43,763 bases of DNA from Steroidobacteraceae bacterium (GTDB taxonomy: Bacteria; Pseudomonadota; Gammaproteobacteria; Steroidobacterales; Steroidobacteraceae). Below the pieces are notes generated by a model. The model was not told the origin of the DNA and did not search any database. It was given only the letters and a program-made list of their open reading frames with translations. Shown here piece by piece: positions 1 through 8,693 of the stretch. The stretch lies in the NCBI GenBank assembly GCA_035604655.1, contig DATNHZ010000051.1, positions 1-43,763 of the forward strand. The letters run 5' to 3'. The stretch's first letter is position 1; each line of letters opens with the position of its first letter. Made by a program: the position numbers and the translations under genes.

Positions 1-2659
1 ACAGCGCAATCACCGCGCCACCGAGCGAGAGGGGCAGCGCCGACAGAATCGTCAGCGGCTGGAATACGCGCGCGAACAACAGCACCAGCACCGCAAACAC
101 CATCAGCACGCCGGCCGCGATCGCAAGCGCAAAGTTCTGCATCATCTCCTGCATGAACTCGAAGTTGCCCACCGGCACGATATGCACGCCCTGCGGCAGG
201 TTCTTGATCGCGGGCAGCGCATCGATCTCCTTCTGGGCATCACCGAGCCCGACGCCGGGCCTCAGGTCCGCGTCGACGAACAGGCGCCGGCTCTGATTGT
301 AGCGGCGCACGGCGGCCGGTCCTTCGCCGAAGCTGATGTCGGCGACTGCTTTGAGCGGTACCGATTGGCCGCCCGCTGTCGGAACGGGGAGATTCTCGAT
401 CGTCGCCAGGTCCTGGCGCGAGGACTCCCGCAGGCTCACCCGGATCGGCACCTGGCGATCGGCGGCCGAGAATTTCGCGTCGTTCTGTTCCAGGTCGCCG
501 ATCGTGGCGATCCGGATCGTCTGGCTGATTGCCTGGACCGTGACGCCGAGCTCGGCCGCGAGGTCGAGCCGCGGCCTGATCAGCAGTTCCGGGCGCGCCA
601 GGTCGCCTTTTATTTCCGGGTCGCGCACGTCCTTGAGCGTGCGCAGCTGCGCGACGGCGTTGCGCGCCGCGGCCTCGAGCACTTCCGGATCATCGCCGGT
701 GAAGTAGAGCGTGACGGGTCGGTCGCCGAATCCGGTCTGCGACACGACAGAGACGTGCGCATCCGGGATCTTGCGCAGTTCCGGTGCCAGCCGGTCCTCC
801 CACTGCTGCTGACTGAGCTGGCGCTCCTTGCGGGGCTTGAGCGCGACGAAGACCGAACCCCCGCGGACCGTTCCGTCGTCGCCATCACCGATCGACTCGA
901 GGATGTCGGTGACGTCGGGGTACTTGCGGACGATCGCCGCTACCCGCGCCGACAGCGCCGCCGTGTCCTCGATCCGCACGCCGGGCGGCAGCTCGAGGCT
1001 GATCTGACTGGTGCCGAAGTCGGACGGCGGCATGAAGTCCTTGCGGATCAGCGCGATCCCGACCAGTGACAACGCGAAGAACAGCAGGCCGAGGCCGACA
1101 GTCCGCCACGGGTGCCGCGCGGACAAGCGCAGCAGCTCGAGGTAGCGACGCATCACGCGGCCGTCGAGGTGGGCTTTGAACCCGCTGGGCTTAAGCGTGA
1201 ATGCCGCGACGACCGGCGTGATCAGGCGCGCCACCAGCAGCGAGAAGAACACGGCGGCGGCCACTGTCAGGCCGAACTGCTTGAAGTACTGCCCGGTGAA
1301 GCCGCCCATGAAGCTGACCGGCAGGAACACCGCGATGATGGTTGCCGACGTCGCGACCACCGCGAGCCCGATCTCGTCCGCGGCGTCGAGGGCAGCCTGG
1401 TAGGGTTTCTTGCCCATGCGGATGTGCCGCACGATGTTTTCGATCTCGACGATCGCATCGTCAACCAGTACGCCGGCCACCAGTGACAGCGCCAGCAGGC
1501 TGATGCCGTTGAGCGTGAAATCCATCCATGACATGAAGGCGAAGGTCGGGATCGCCGACAGCGGGATCGCGAGCGCCGAGATCGCGGTCGCGCGCCAGTT
1601 CCGCAGGAACAGCCAGACGACGACAACGGCAAGCAGCGAGCCTTCGAGCAGCGCGTCGATGGCGGACCGGAAGCCCTGCCGCGTCGCCTCGACCGTCGTG
1701 AACACCAGCGTCATCGTCACGCCCGGGTTCTCGGCGGTTATCTTCTTGAGCTCCTTCTCGACGCGATCGAGGACGGTCACGTCGGAGACGCCGCGCGCGC
1801 GTTGCACACCGAAGGTGGTGGCTGGCCGGCCGTTCAGGCGCGAGATCGAGCGCACCTCGGCGGCACCGTCGTGGACCTCGGCAATGTCATCGAGACGTGC
1901 GAAGCGGCCGCCAGCGAGCTGGATGCGCGTCGCGCCGAGCTCCTCGGCGGTGCGCGCCCCACCAAGCACGCGGATCGACTGCTCGCCGCCCGCCAGCTGG
2001 GAGCGGCCGCCCGGAGCGTTCATGTTCAGCGAGCGCAGCTGCTGGTTCACCTCGACGGCCGTAATGCCGAGCGCCTGGGTGCGCGAAGGGTCCAGCTCGA
2101 TGCGGATCTCGCGGGTGACTCCGCCGCCGCGGTTGACCTGCGCCACTCCACTGAGGGCCAGCAGGCGCTTGGTGATCGTGTTGTCGACGAACCAGCTCAG
2201 CTGCTCGGGCGACAGCGAGGTGCTGCTGACCGCGTAATAGACCATCGCACCGCCGTCGGTGTCGATGCGGCTGACCGTCGGTTCCTGGATCCCTTCCGGC
2301 AGCTGGGAGCGGACCCTGGCGACGGCATCGCGAACGTCGCTGACCGCGCGGTCGAGTGGCGTGCCGATCTGGAACTCGATGAACACCAGGGCAGTCCCCT
2401 CGGTTGCCCGCGAGGTGACGTTGTGGACGTTGCCGACGCTTGCCACTGCGCCCTCGATCTTCTGCAGCACCTGTGTCTCGATCTCGGTGGGCGCCGCACC
2501 CGGCTGCGATACGGTCACCTGGACTCCCGGGTAGGAGACGTCCGGGTTCAGGTTCACCGGCAGGCGGATGAAGGCCACGATGCCGACGAACACCAGCACC
2601 ATGAACAGCACCAGCGGCGAGACCGGATGCCGTATTGCCCAGGCGGAGATGTTTCTCAC
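1..2659 (-). CDS. RND efflux transporter permease subunit (AcrB/HAE1-like); C-terminal part lies beyond the left window edge
   Basis: Absent from the ORF track because it runs off the edge. My minus-strand translation from GTG at 2659-2657 reads MRNISAWAIRHPVSPLVLFMVLVFVGIVAFIRLPVNLNPDVSYPGVQVTVSQPGAAPTEIETQVLQKIEGAV... and stays open to nt 1. It includes the RND-typical LVAGVLVDDAIVEIENIVRHI segment. The start overlaps the adaptor gene stop (GTGA). Confidence 0.9.
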   Translation of the reverse strand, partial: MRNISAWAIRHPVSPLVLFMVLVFVGIVAFIRLPVNLNPDVSYPGVQVTVSQPGAAPTEIETQVLQKIEGAVASVGNVHNVTSRATEGTALVFIEFQIGTPLDRAVSDVRDAVARVRSQLPEGIQEPTVSRIDTDGGAMVYYAVSSTSLSPEQLSWFVDNTITKRLLALSGVAQVNRGGGVTREIRIELDPSRTQALGITAVEVNQQLRSLNMNAPGGRSQLAGGEQSIRVLGGARTAEELGATRIQLAGGRFARLDDIAEVHDGAAEVRSISRLNGRPATTFGVQRARGVSDVTVLDRVEKELKKITAENPGVTMTLVFTTVEATRQGFRSAIDALLEGSLLAVVVVWLFLRNWRATAISALAIPLSAIPTFAFMSWMDFTLNGISLLALSLVAGVLVDDAIVEIENIVRHIRMGKKPYQAALDAADEIGLAVVATSATIIAVFLPVSFMGGFTGQYFKQFGLTVAAAVFFSLLVARLITPVVAAFTLKPSGFKAHLDGRVMRRYLELLRLSARHPWRTVGLGLLFFALSLVGIALIRKDFMPPSDFGTSQISLELPPGVRIEDTAALSARVAAIVRKYPDVTDILESIGDGDDGTVRGGSVFVALKPRKERQLSQQQWEDRLAPELRKIPDAHVSVVSQTGFGDRPVTLYFTGDDPEVLEAAARNAVAQLRTLKDVRDPEIKGDLARPELLIRPRLDLAAELGVTVQAISQTIRIATIGDLEQNDAKFSAADRQVPIRVSLRESSRQDLATIENLPVPTAGGQSVPLKAVADISFGEGPAAVRRYNQSRRLFVDADLRPGVGLGDAQKEIDALPAIKNLPQGVHIVPVGNFEFMQEMMQNFALAIAAGVLMVFAVLVLLFARVFQPLTILSALPLSLGGAVIAL

Positions 2660-3900
2660 GGTGCGGCCTTGGTCTCAAGCTGCACGCGTTCGCCTTCGTG
2701 CAGAAACGCCCCGGCCGAGGTGACGATCCGTTCGCTGCCATCGAGGCCGCGGTCGATCACGATCCCCTGCGGCTGCGTCCCGGCGATGTGCACGGGGCGG
2801 CGCACGGCGCGCAAGTCCGGACCTACGATGTAGACGAAGTTGACCGCGCCGTCGGAGAGCACCGCGGTCTGCGGGACCACCGGGTGCAGCTCGGTCCCGA
2901 TCTTGACCTCGCCGCGCGCGAACGCGCCGGGTCTGAGGTCGGGATGGGGCGGCAGCGCCACGCGGACCTCGCCGAGGCGGGTTGCGGGATCGATCACCGC
3001 GCTGATGAGCCGTACCGTGCCCGGGAACGGCGCGGCGATGCCGGTCAGATGCACCTCGGCGGTCTGGCCAATCTTCAGTCGCGGCAAGTCCTGCTCCGCG
3101 ACCTGCGCACGCATCTCGACCTCGCCACCACGTGCGAGCCGGAACAGTGTCGCGCCGCCCGGCATTGCCGTCTGGCCGACTTCGGCAGTGCGCGTCAGCA
3201 CGATGCCGTCGGACGGCGCACGAATCTCGGTGCGACCGAGACGCGCCTCGGCCTCGGCAAGCTGCGCCTCGGCCGCCTTGACGCGGGCCGAGGACGTCGC
3301 AACCTGAGATTGCCTCCGGTCGACCTCTTCCTTCGACAGCGCGCCGACGGACTCGGAGACGGCCGCGGCACGCCGATAATCAGCGGTGGCGAGTGCTGCC
3401 TCGGCACGATACTGCTCGAGGCTCGCCCTGAGACTCGCTACCTGGGCCTCGACCACGGCCGGTTCGAGGCGCGCGAGAGCCTGGCCGCGCTTGACCCGAT
3501 CGCCGCTTTCGACCAGCACCGCCGTGACGCGGCCACCTTCGCCCTCGACGCCGATCGGCATGTCGTAGCGAGCGACGATGCCACCGGTGAAGCTCACGGT
3601 CGCTGTGATCGCCGCCTGGCCCGCCGCCTTGACGGTCACGAGCGGCGACTGTTCGTTCGGATCCAACGCCGCAGCATGGCGCGCGGCATTCATCCGAAGC
3701 GCAATGATGAGCGCGAGAACGATGAGCACGAGGGCCACGGCCCCGACGGCGATGACGTGGGCACGGCGCCACCACGGCGGCTCGAGACTGTCGGCGTCAC
3801 GGGAACTGACTGCCGGCTCGCCACGAAACACGGGCGAGTCGAACTGTGGCGCATCGTGCGATTCCGGGCGCGGCGAGGCTTCGTCGTTCACGGTGGGCAC
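2656..3900 (-). CDS. RND efflux periplasmic adaptor subunit (membrane fusion protein, HlyD/AcrA family)
   Basis: 414-aa ORF with an N-terminal TM anchor (VIAVGAVALVLIVLALIIAL), a lipoyl/coiled-coil region (EAQVASLRASLEQYRAEAA...AQLAEAEARL) and a beta-barrel region (IRAPSDGIVLTR). Placed immediately upstream of, and overlapping, the RND permease. GTG start. Confidence 0.9.
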   Translation of the reverse strand: MPTVNDEASPRPESHDAPQFDSPVFRGEPAVSSRDADSLEPPWWRRAHVIAVGAVALVLIVLALIIALRMNAARHAAALDPNEQSPLVTVKAAGQAAITATVSFTGGIVARYDMPIGVEGEGGRVTAVLVESGDRVKRGQALARLEPAVVEAQVASLRASLEQYRAEAALATADYRRAAAVSESVGALSKEEVDRRQSQVATSSARVKAAEAQLAEAEARLGRTEIRAPSDGIVLTRTAEVGQTAMPGGATLFRLARGGEVEMRAQVAEQDLPRLKIGQTAEVHLTGIAAPFPGTVRLISAVIDPATRLGEVRVALPPHPDLRPGAFARGEVKIGTELHPVVPQTAVLSDGAVNFVYIVGPDLRAVRRPVHIAGTQPQGIVIDRGLDGSERIVTSAGAFLHEGERVQLETKAAP

Positions 3901-4037
3901 TTGTCTTGGCAGGCCTGGGATGCGCGAGTTTACGCGCTCAATTGTGCTAGTCGCGGCCGCACTCGACGAGCTGGTAGTCGGATGCGATGGGCCGTTGCGT
4001 GGTCGCTACGTCGCGCGAGTTCCGGGGTGCTGCGGAC

Positions 4038-4076
4038 AAAAAAAGGCGCCGGGAGCGGGGGAAGCTCGACGGCGCC
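4038..4076 (-). terminator. Rho-independent terminator (minus strand)
   Basis: Minus-strand RNA GGCGCCG-uc-GAGC-uuccccc-GCUC-c-CGGCGCC followed by U7 (plus-strand A run 4038-4044). The stem has 11 GC-rich base pairs. It is unidirectional, since the plus-strand version has no comparable T run. Confidence 0.75.
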
Positions 4077-4113
4077 GAGAGTTTCAAGCCACAGGGGGAG
4101 TTGAGACTTGCAC
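4038..4113 (-). ncRNA. Candidate sigma-54-dependent small RNA, or terminated leader of the RND operon (~75 nt)
   Basis: Bounded by the consensus -24/-12 promoter (4124-4139) and the intrinsic terminator (4038-4076). Predicted RNA: GUGCAAGUCUCAACUCCCCCUGUGGCUUGAAACUCUC + terminator, with a C-rich CUCCCCCU stretch. No credible ORF; the only one is a 9-codon GTG ORF. The 5' end is inferred from promoter geometry. Confidence 0.4.
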
Positions 4114-4123
4114 TGTAATCCAA

Positions 4124-4139
4124 GCAAGTCCCGTGCCAT
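4124..4139 (-). promoter_or_regulatory. Sigma-54 (RpoN) -24/-12 promoter
   Basis: Minus strand reads aTGGCACGggacTTGCTt, matching TGGCACG-N4-TTGCW at every specified position. It lies in an intergenic region 224 bp upstream of the adaptor gene start. Confidence 0.65.
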
Positions 4140-4203
4140 GTCCTGAACATCAATTAGATCAACAACTTACAGTGCGAACCGAGCGGCTGACGCCCACCAT
4201 GAG

Positions 4204-4231
4204 GTGACGTTCGGCGTCACATTCTGACGTC
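4204..4231. promoter_or_regulatory. Candidate enhancer (bEBP) site: perfect palindrome GTGACG-N5-CGTCAC plus adjacent GACGTC
   Basis: GTGACG (4204-4209), ttcgg, CGTCAC (4215-4220), then the palindrome GACGTC (4226-4231). The centre sits about 100 bp upstream of the predicted sigma-54 start site. An AT-rich stretch with an IHF-like gATCAAcaacTTA (4151-4170, plus-strand reading) lies between the two. Confidence 0.4.
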
Positions 4232-4259
4232 TGGGCCCGGCGGGAGTGGCTCCGCCCGG

Positions 4260-5150
4260 TCAGGAGCGGGCGGGCTTCACTGGTGGGACGACCATGCACG
4301 GGTCATGAGCCGTGCCGAACGCCCGGCACAGCGCCTGGGCTGATTCCCGGCTGAAACCGCCCAGTTGCAGCCGGTACACCTGGTGGCCGTCGGCTGTCCG
4401 GGCTGCCGCAATCAGCGGATGGCGCGTGGCGAGATCCGGGTATTTGCGCACGAGGTGCTGCCACGCCGCCGTCGCTGCATGGCTGCCTCGGGCGAAGGCC
4501 CCGAGCTGCACGCGAAAACCATGCGTGGAGTCCGGACGATCCGCCGCAGTCACTGCGCCCGCCGCGCCGGCCGGCGGAGTCACGGCAGCCGGTGCAGTCG
4601 CCCGGTCGGACGCGCCGGAGGTCGCGGCTGCACCCGGGGCAGGCGATGTCGCACGCGCGATGGCGCCCTTCGCGGTGCCGGCGGCCGCAGCGGGGCCGGC
4701 AGATCCAACCGTGGGCGAGGCGCCGCCCGGCGGTGCCTGGCCCGCCGCTTCGGTCGTCGGGGTCGCGGCCAGTCTGAGGTTTGAAATTGCGGCAAGCGCA
4801 TCGTGCGCGTGCTGACCGGCCGGGTAGCCCCTGAGGTACTGCTGGTAGGCGTCCGGCGTATCGGCAGCGTGTGCCCGCTGCCATTCACGCTCCTCGAGGA
4901 GCGTTGCGAGATGCTCGCGGGCCTCGCGCGCGTGCGCGCCGTCGGGATGCAGCCGCAGGTAGTCGTCGAAGGCGACGACGGTGTTGGCGCGCTCCGCGGT
5001 CTGGTAGTCACGATCGGCGCCGCAGCCCGCCACCAGCAGCAGGACCAGGCACGCGCAACGACTGATTCCGGCGCCGCGGTGACGCCGCGCAACCGCGGCG
5101 CCGGTCGACGACGTCGATACCACGCGTGCGCCAAGGCTGAGTCGCAGCAT
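4260..5150 (-). CDS. SPOR domain-containing lipoprotein
   Basis: Internal ATG at 5150 of the 450-aa ORF gives MLRLSLGARV...CLVLLLVAGCGAD (lipobox LVAGC). There is a Pro/Ala-rich linker and a C-terminal SPOR-like GFRVQLGAFARGSHAATAAWQHL...YRLQLGGFSRESAQALC. The upstream 154 codons are Arg/Pro-rich and overlap the divergent gene region. Confidence 0.75.
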   Translation of the reverse strand: MLRLSLGARVVSTSSTGAAVARRHRGAGISRCACLVLLLVAGCGADRDYQTAERANTVVAFDDYLRLHPDGAHAREAREHLATLLEEREWQRAHAADTPDAYQQYLRGYPAGQHAHDALAAISNLRLAATPTTEAAGQAPPGGASPTVGSAGPAAAAGTAKGAIARATSPAPGAAATSGASDRATAPAAVTPPAGAAGAVTAADRPDSTHGFRVQLGAFARGSHAATAAWQHLVRKYPDLATRHPLIAAARTADGHQVYRLQLGGFSRESAQALCRAFGTAHDPCMVVPPVKPARS

Positions 5151-5256
5151 CGTGACCCCGTCGGTACCACTGGGCGCAGGCATGGACATTAGTATAGTAG
5201 CGCGGTGCCAGTCACGGCCCGGACGCGCACCGGCGCGCCGCGCCACAGGAGACCCC

Positions 5257-5673
5257 GTGTCCGATGCTGCTGCCGGCCATCCACGCCGCCGGTTCTTTGA
5301 TCGACTACCGGGGACGCCGACGCTGATCGGCGCCGACAGCCGTTTCGAGGGCCAGCTCAGGGTCAGCGGGCCGCTGTCGCTCGGCGGCACGATCATCGGC
5401 GATGGCGTCGTCGCCGGGGCGCTGTCAATCGCGGCCGGCGGCCACTGGCAGGGCATGATCGAGGCGCAATCGGCGGTGATCGCCGGCCGTATCACCGGCG
5501 ATCTGAGGATCGAGGCCAAGCTCGAGATCGGCAAGACGGCCGTCATCCACGGCCGGGTGTGGGGCCAGGTCATTGCGATTGCTGACGGGGCGATCGTCGA
5601 CGGCGAGATCACCGTGACCGGCGATCAACCGGTCACCCGATTCAAGGAGAAGCGCGGGCCGGCGGATCCCTAG
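5257..5673 (+). CDS. Bactofilin family polymer-forming cytoskeletal protein
   Basis: Beta-helix repeats typical of bactofilin/DUF583 (GDGVVAGALSIAAGGHWQGMIEAQSAVIAGRITGDLRIEAKLEIGKTAVIHGRVWGQVIAIADGAIVDGEITV). GTG at 5257 is preceded by AGGAG. Alternative starts at 5152 and 5182 cannot be excluded. Confidence 0.75.
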   Translation: MSDAAAGHPRRRFFDRLPGTPTLIGADSRFEGQLRVSGPLSLGGTIIGDGVVAGALSIAAGGHWQGMIEAQSAVIAGRITGDLRIEAKLEIGKTAVIHGRVWGQVIAIADGAIVDGEITVTGDQPVTRFKEKRGPADP

Positions 5674-6455
5674 AGTCGGCGGTACAGATGGACGAAGCGA
5701 TCCGTCTTGCCGCGAATCGCCGGGTCGAATACCAGTTTCGAGCGGTCGTCGGCGGCATTGCGCAGGCCGTCGTAGGTGCTGAGCAGCTTGAAGCCGTGCG
5801 ACTCGATGTCCTTGATCGCGAACTGCTCGTCGATCCGGTGCAGCGTCTGCGCCGGCGCCTTGCCGCTGCCGGCCACCGCCGAGTGATCGACGATCAGCAG
5901 CAGCCCGCCGCGCTTCAGTGCCGCGTGCACTTGACCGAGAAACTGCGAGGCATCGATCCGCGGGAAGTCGTCTTTGTCCTCGTAGTACAAGTCGTGGTAC
6001 GACATCACGAATAACGCACCGTCGAGCGTCGATTTCCCAAGCTTGAGGTCCTCGTTCGGCACGACCAGACGCTCGACCTGCGGCAGTCGCCCGTCGCGAA
6101 ACCTGACGCCTTGATCCTCGGCCGCGAACTTGGCGTACGCCGGGTCGTTGACCAGCAGCACGTGGCCGGTTGGCCCCACGAGGTAGGCGAGGATTTCGCT
6201 GTAGTAGCCGCCGCCGCCAAACATGTCCGCAATCCGCATGCCCGGCTTGAAGCCCGCGAATGCGAGCACCTCGGTGGGCTTGTCGCGGGCATCGCGCTGC
6301 TTGTCCTTGTCGCTGCGCCCTTCGGTCGCGACGGCGCGTTCGTAGACGGACGGTTCCGCGCGCGCCACCGTCGCTGCTGCCGCGGCGCACACGATCAGCA
6401 ATGCGCCGAGCACGCGGGGTGCAGTCGGGTTTGGCGTTCGGACTCGGGTCAGCAT
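5670..6455 (-). CDS. Secreted class I SAM-dependent methyltransferase
   Basis: Start at ATG 6455 (GAGGGGA upstream). Signal peptide MLTRVRTPNPTAPRVLGALLIVCAAAAATVARA. Motif-I-like ADMFGGGGYYSEIL and LLLIVDH. Confidence 0.7.
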   Translation of the reverse strand: MLTRVRTPNPTAPRVLGALLIVCAAAAATVARAEPSVYERAVATEGRSDKDKQRDARDKPTEVLAFAGFKPGMRIADMFGGGGYYSEILAYLVGPTGHVLLVNDPAYAKFAAEDQGVRFRDGRLPQVERLVVPNEDLKLGKSTLDGALFVMSYHDLYYEDKDDFPRIDASQFLGQVHAALKRGGLLLIVDHSAVAGSGKAPAQTLHRIDEQFAIKDIESHGFKLLSTYDGLRNAADDRSKLVFDPAIRGKTDRFVHLYRRL

Positions 6456-6649
6456 GATGAGGTCCCCTCGCGATGTCGCGGGATCGTGCATCTTGGCCGC
6501 GGCCCGGCGTCGTGTGCAACTGCCGCGCCCGTTGCTGGCCGCGGCCGCGGAGCGTTCGGTCGCAGCCAGCGCGGCCCGGGGCACGTCGGGCGCCGGCGAC
6601 CAAGACCCGCGCCCTCGCCGATGCCCTGCGACGGGCCTTAGCGGCCCGG

Positions 6650-7633
6650 TCAATCGGCGGCCGCCACCAGCGCCTCGTGGACCTGCCGGTCGGCCCAGCT
6701 CTCTCCGGTCAGCGTCTCCAGAAACCCGCAGTGGCCGCCCCTTTGCGTGACCGTGATGCGAAGCGACGGTGGCCGCGCGAGCCGTGCCAGGTCACGCGCC
6801 GGAATGATCGGATCATCGAGCGCGGCGATGATGCGCGAAGGCACCTCGAGGCCGGCCAGCCGATCACCGACGATGGCGTAGCCGTTCAGATAGCTGGCGA
6901 GATCCGGGAAGTCCGTGTACCTGAGCACCAGATCCTCGGTCATCCGCGTCAGGTTCCGGTGCTCCATCAGCTCGTCGAGATCGTACAGGTCGGGCCACGC
7001 CTTGTGCTTGAGCTGCAGCGAGTTCCGCCACTTGAGCACGAAGTAGTTGCGGTAGATCCACGGGCCGCGCTCCAGGCGCTCAAGGGTGTGCTGCGGATCG
7101 AGCACCGGGCAGATTGCGATGACCTGGCGGAGCCGAATGCCGGCCGCCGGGGCGCGTACCGCGACCCGCAGTGCGAAGTTGCCACCGAGCGAGTGACCGA
7201 CGAGCGCCAGCGCCCGATCCGGGTACAGCCCCTGCACCGAGCGCACCGCACCGACGACCTCGGCGATCCGGCACGAGTGAAAAAGCTCTGGATTGAGGTG
7301 GTGAGTCGGGCCGTGATCGCGCAGGTTCAGGCGCAAGATCTCAAAGCCGCGCGCATACAGGTACTGCCCGGTCGACAGCACGTACTGCGCTTCGGCGCTG
7401 CCTTCCCAGCCGTGCACCAGCAGCACGAGGTTGCGCGCCCCGCCGGGCTGGCCGGCGTAGTGGCCGTGCAGCCGGACCCCGTCACCACAATCGATCAACA
7501 GTTCGCGGCTTGCCGCGATCAATTGCGCCGCGCGTCGCGCGACGTATGCCTGCCGCAGCGGGGAGCTCGGCAGCACCGATTGCAGGTGCCGGTTGGCGAG
7601 CCAGAATGGCGGCTCGAAAGCAATGACTTCCAT
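6650..7633 (-). CDS. Alpha/beta hydrolase (YheT/ABHD-like)
   Basis: LVLLVHGWEGS, the nucleophile elbow GHSLGG and a C-terminal GGHCGF motif. Start at the second Met (MEVIAFEPPFW), 10 bp after the upstream gene's stop. Confidence 0.8.
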   Translation of the reverse strand: MEVIAFEPPFWLANRHLQSVLPSSPLRQAYVARRAAQLIAASRELLIDCGDGVRLHGHYAGQPGGARNLVLLVHGWEGSAEAQYVLSTGQYLYARGFEILRLNLRDHGPTHHLNPELFHSCRIAEVVGAVRSVQGLYPDRALALVGHSLGGNFALRVAVRAPAAGIRLRQVIAICPVLDPQHTLERLERGPWIYRNYFVLKWRNSLQLKHKAWPDLYDLDELMEHRNLTRMTEDLVLRYTDFPDLASYLNGYAIVGDRLAGLEVPSRIIAALDDPIIPARDLARLARPPSLRITVTQRGGHCGFLETLTGESWADRQVHEALVAAAD

Positions 7634-7643
7634 CGGCTCAACT

Positions 7644-8693
7644 TCAGCTGAGGGTGAGCCGCCCACTGCCCGGCAGCGCCTCGACGTAGCGCGAGCCCAT
7701 CAGCCGTGCGGGCGTGATGGCGCCGGCCGGAACTGTGCCCTCCAGCAATCGCGCGACCACTCCGATCGAGGCGTGCGCCGTCACGGTGTAGCCGTTGGCG
7801 GTCACGATGCGCGCTGTTCGGGTCGTGCCGTCCGCAGCGCGCGCTTCGCCCCATACGCGCGTTGGCGTCCTCTCACGCAGCGGCGCATCGGGGCCCGGCA
7901 CGCCGCGGCCGATGCGCCATTTCAGCACGCGTTGCACGGGACCGGAGCCCAGCGCCCAGCGCAGGTACTCGAGCCGCCGGATGCGCGCGAGACCCCGCGG
8001 CGAAATCGGGACGTACACCTCGATGTTCGCAATGCCCGTGGTGCGATAAGCCGTGCTCACGTCTCCCCACGGGATCGTCATCGCGAGCTTCTCGCCGGCG
8101 CCGAAGTCGATGCGGCGGTCCTTGAATCCGAGCGGCACCGGCAACAGCACCGCGTCGCGCCGCACCATGCCGCCGGCACCGAGACCCTCGACGATCGTGC
8201 GCGCCGTGCCGCGGCTCACGGGCGAGGCGTTGTCAAAGCCGAGGGCGAGCTGTGTCGCTCCCGGCAGCGCCTCCTTAAGCGCGAGCGCCACGCAGTCCGT
8301 CGGGACGACGTCGAAACCGACGCCCGGGCACACGGCGATCCCCGCGGCGCGCGCTTCATCGTCCAGAGATGCGGCGAGCTCGAACACCGCGATCTCCCCG
8401 GTGATGTCAAGGTAGTGGGCTCGCGCCGCGAGGCACGCCGCGAGCATCGGGCGGGCGGTCGCCGAGAACGGCCCGGCGCAGTTCAACACGACGGAGATTC
8501 CGGACAGCGCGGCGGCGAGCGCCGCCGGGGAGTCGAGCCCCGCGATTCGCGACTCGAGGCCGAGCTCGCCGGCGAGCGCTTCGAGCGGGGCGCGGGACCG
8601 TCCCGCGAGCACGGGTCGCAGCCCGCGCGCAATTGCCGCGCGCGCGATCAGTTGACCGGAATAGCCGTACGCGCCGTACAGCATCCAGCTCAT
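7644..8693 (-). CDS. Saccharopine dehydrogenase family NAD(P)-binding oxidoreductase
   Basis: Internal start MSWMLYGAYGYSGQLIARAAIARG (Rossmann N-terminus). Family-typical VLNCAGPF and HYLDITGE segments. Confidence 0.75.
   Translation of the reverse strand: MSWMLYGAYGYSGQLIARAAIARGLRPVLAGRSRAPLEALAGELGLESRIAGLDSPAALAAALSGISVVLNCAGPFSATARPMLAACLAARAHYLDITGEIAVFELAASLDDEARAAGIAVCPGVGFDVVPTDCVALALKEALPGATQLALGFDNASPVSRGTARTIVEGLGAGGMVRRDAVLLPVPLGFKDRRIDFGAGEKLAMTIPWGDVSTAYRTTGIANIEVYVPISPRGLARIRRLEYLRWALGSGPVQRVLKWRIGRGVPGPDAPLRERTPTRVWGEARAADGTTRTARIVTANGYTVTAHASIGVVARLLEGTVPAGAITPARLMGSRYVEALPGSGRLTLS

Noticed and set aside
3901-4037. GGAACT... element and GCGCG-agttta-CGCGC dyad upstream of the adaptor gene as an ECF promoter or TetR operator
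   Set aside because: No acceptable -10 lies at the correct spacing. The dyad is only 5 bp of pure GC in a GC-rich genome, and there is no adjacent TetR-type regulator. I cannot support it.
2635-4104. 489-aa plus-strand ORF, and 25932..27305 (457 aa) and 7593..8858 (421 aa)
   Set aside because: They are antisense to the RND adaptor, to adhC/gfa and to the saccharopine-dehydrogenase-like gene respectively. All have shadow-frame composition.
4231-4260. Imperfect GC hairpin (CCGGCGGGAG...CTCCGCCCGG) right after the SPOR gene stop
   Set aside because: It has two central mismatches and no U tract on the minus strand, so it is unlikely to be the functional terminator. The strong terminator at 4038-4076 is the better candidate.
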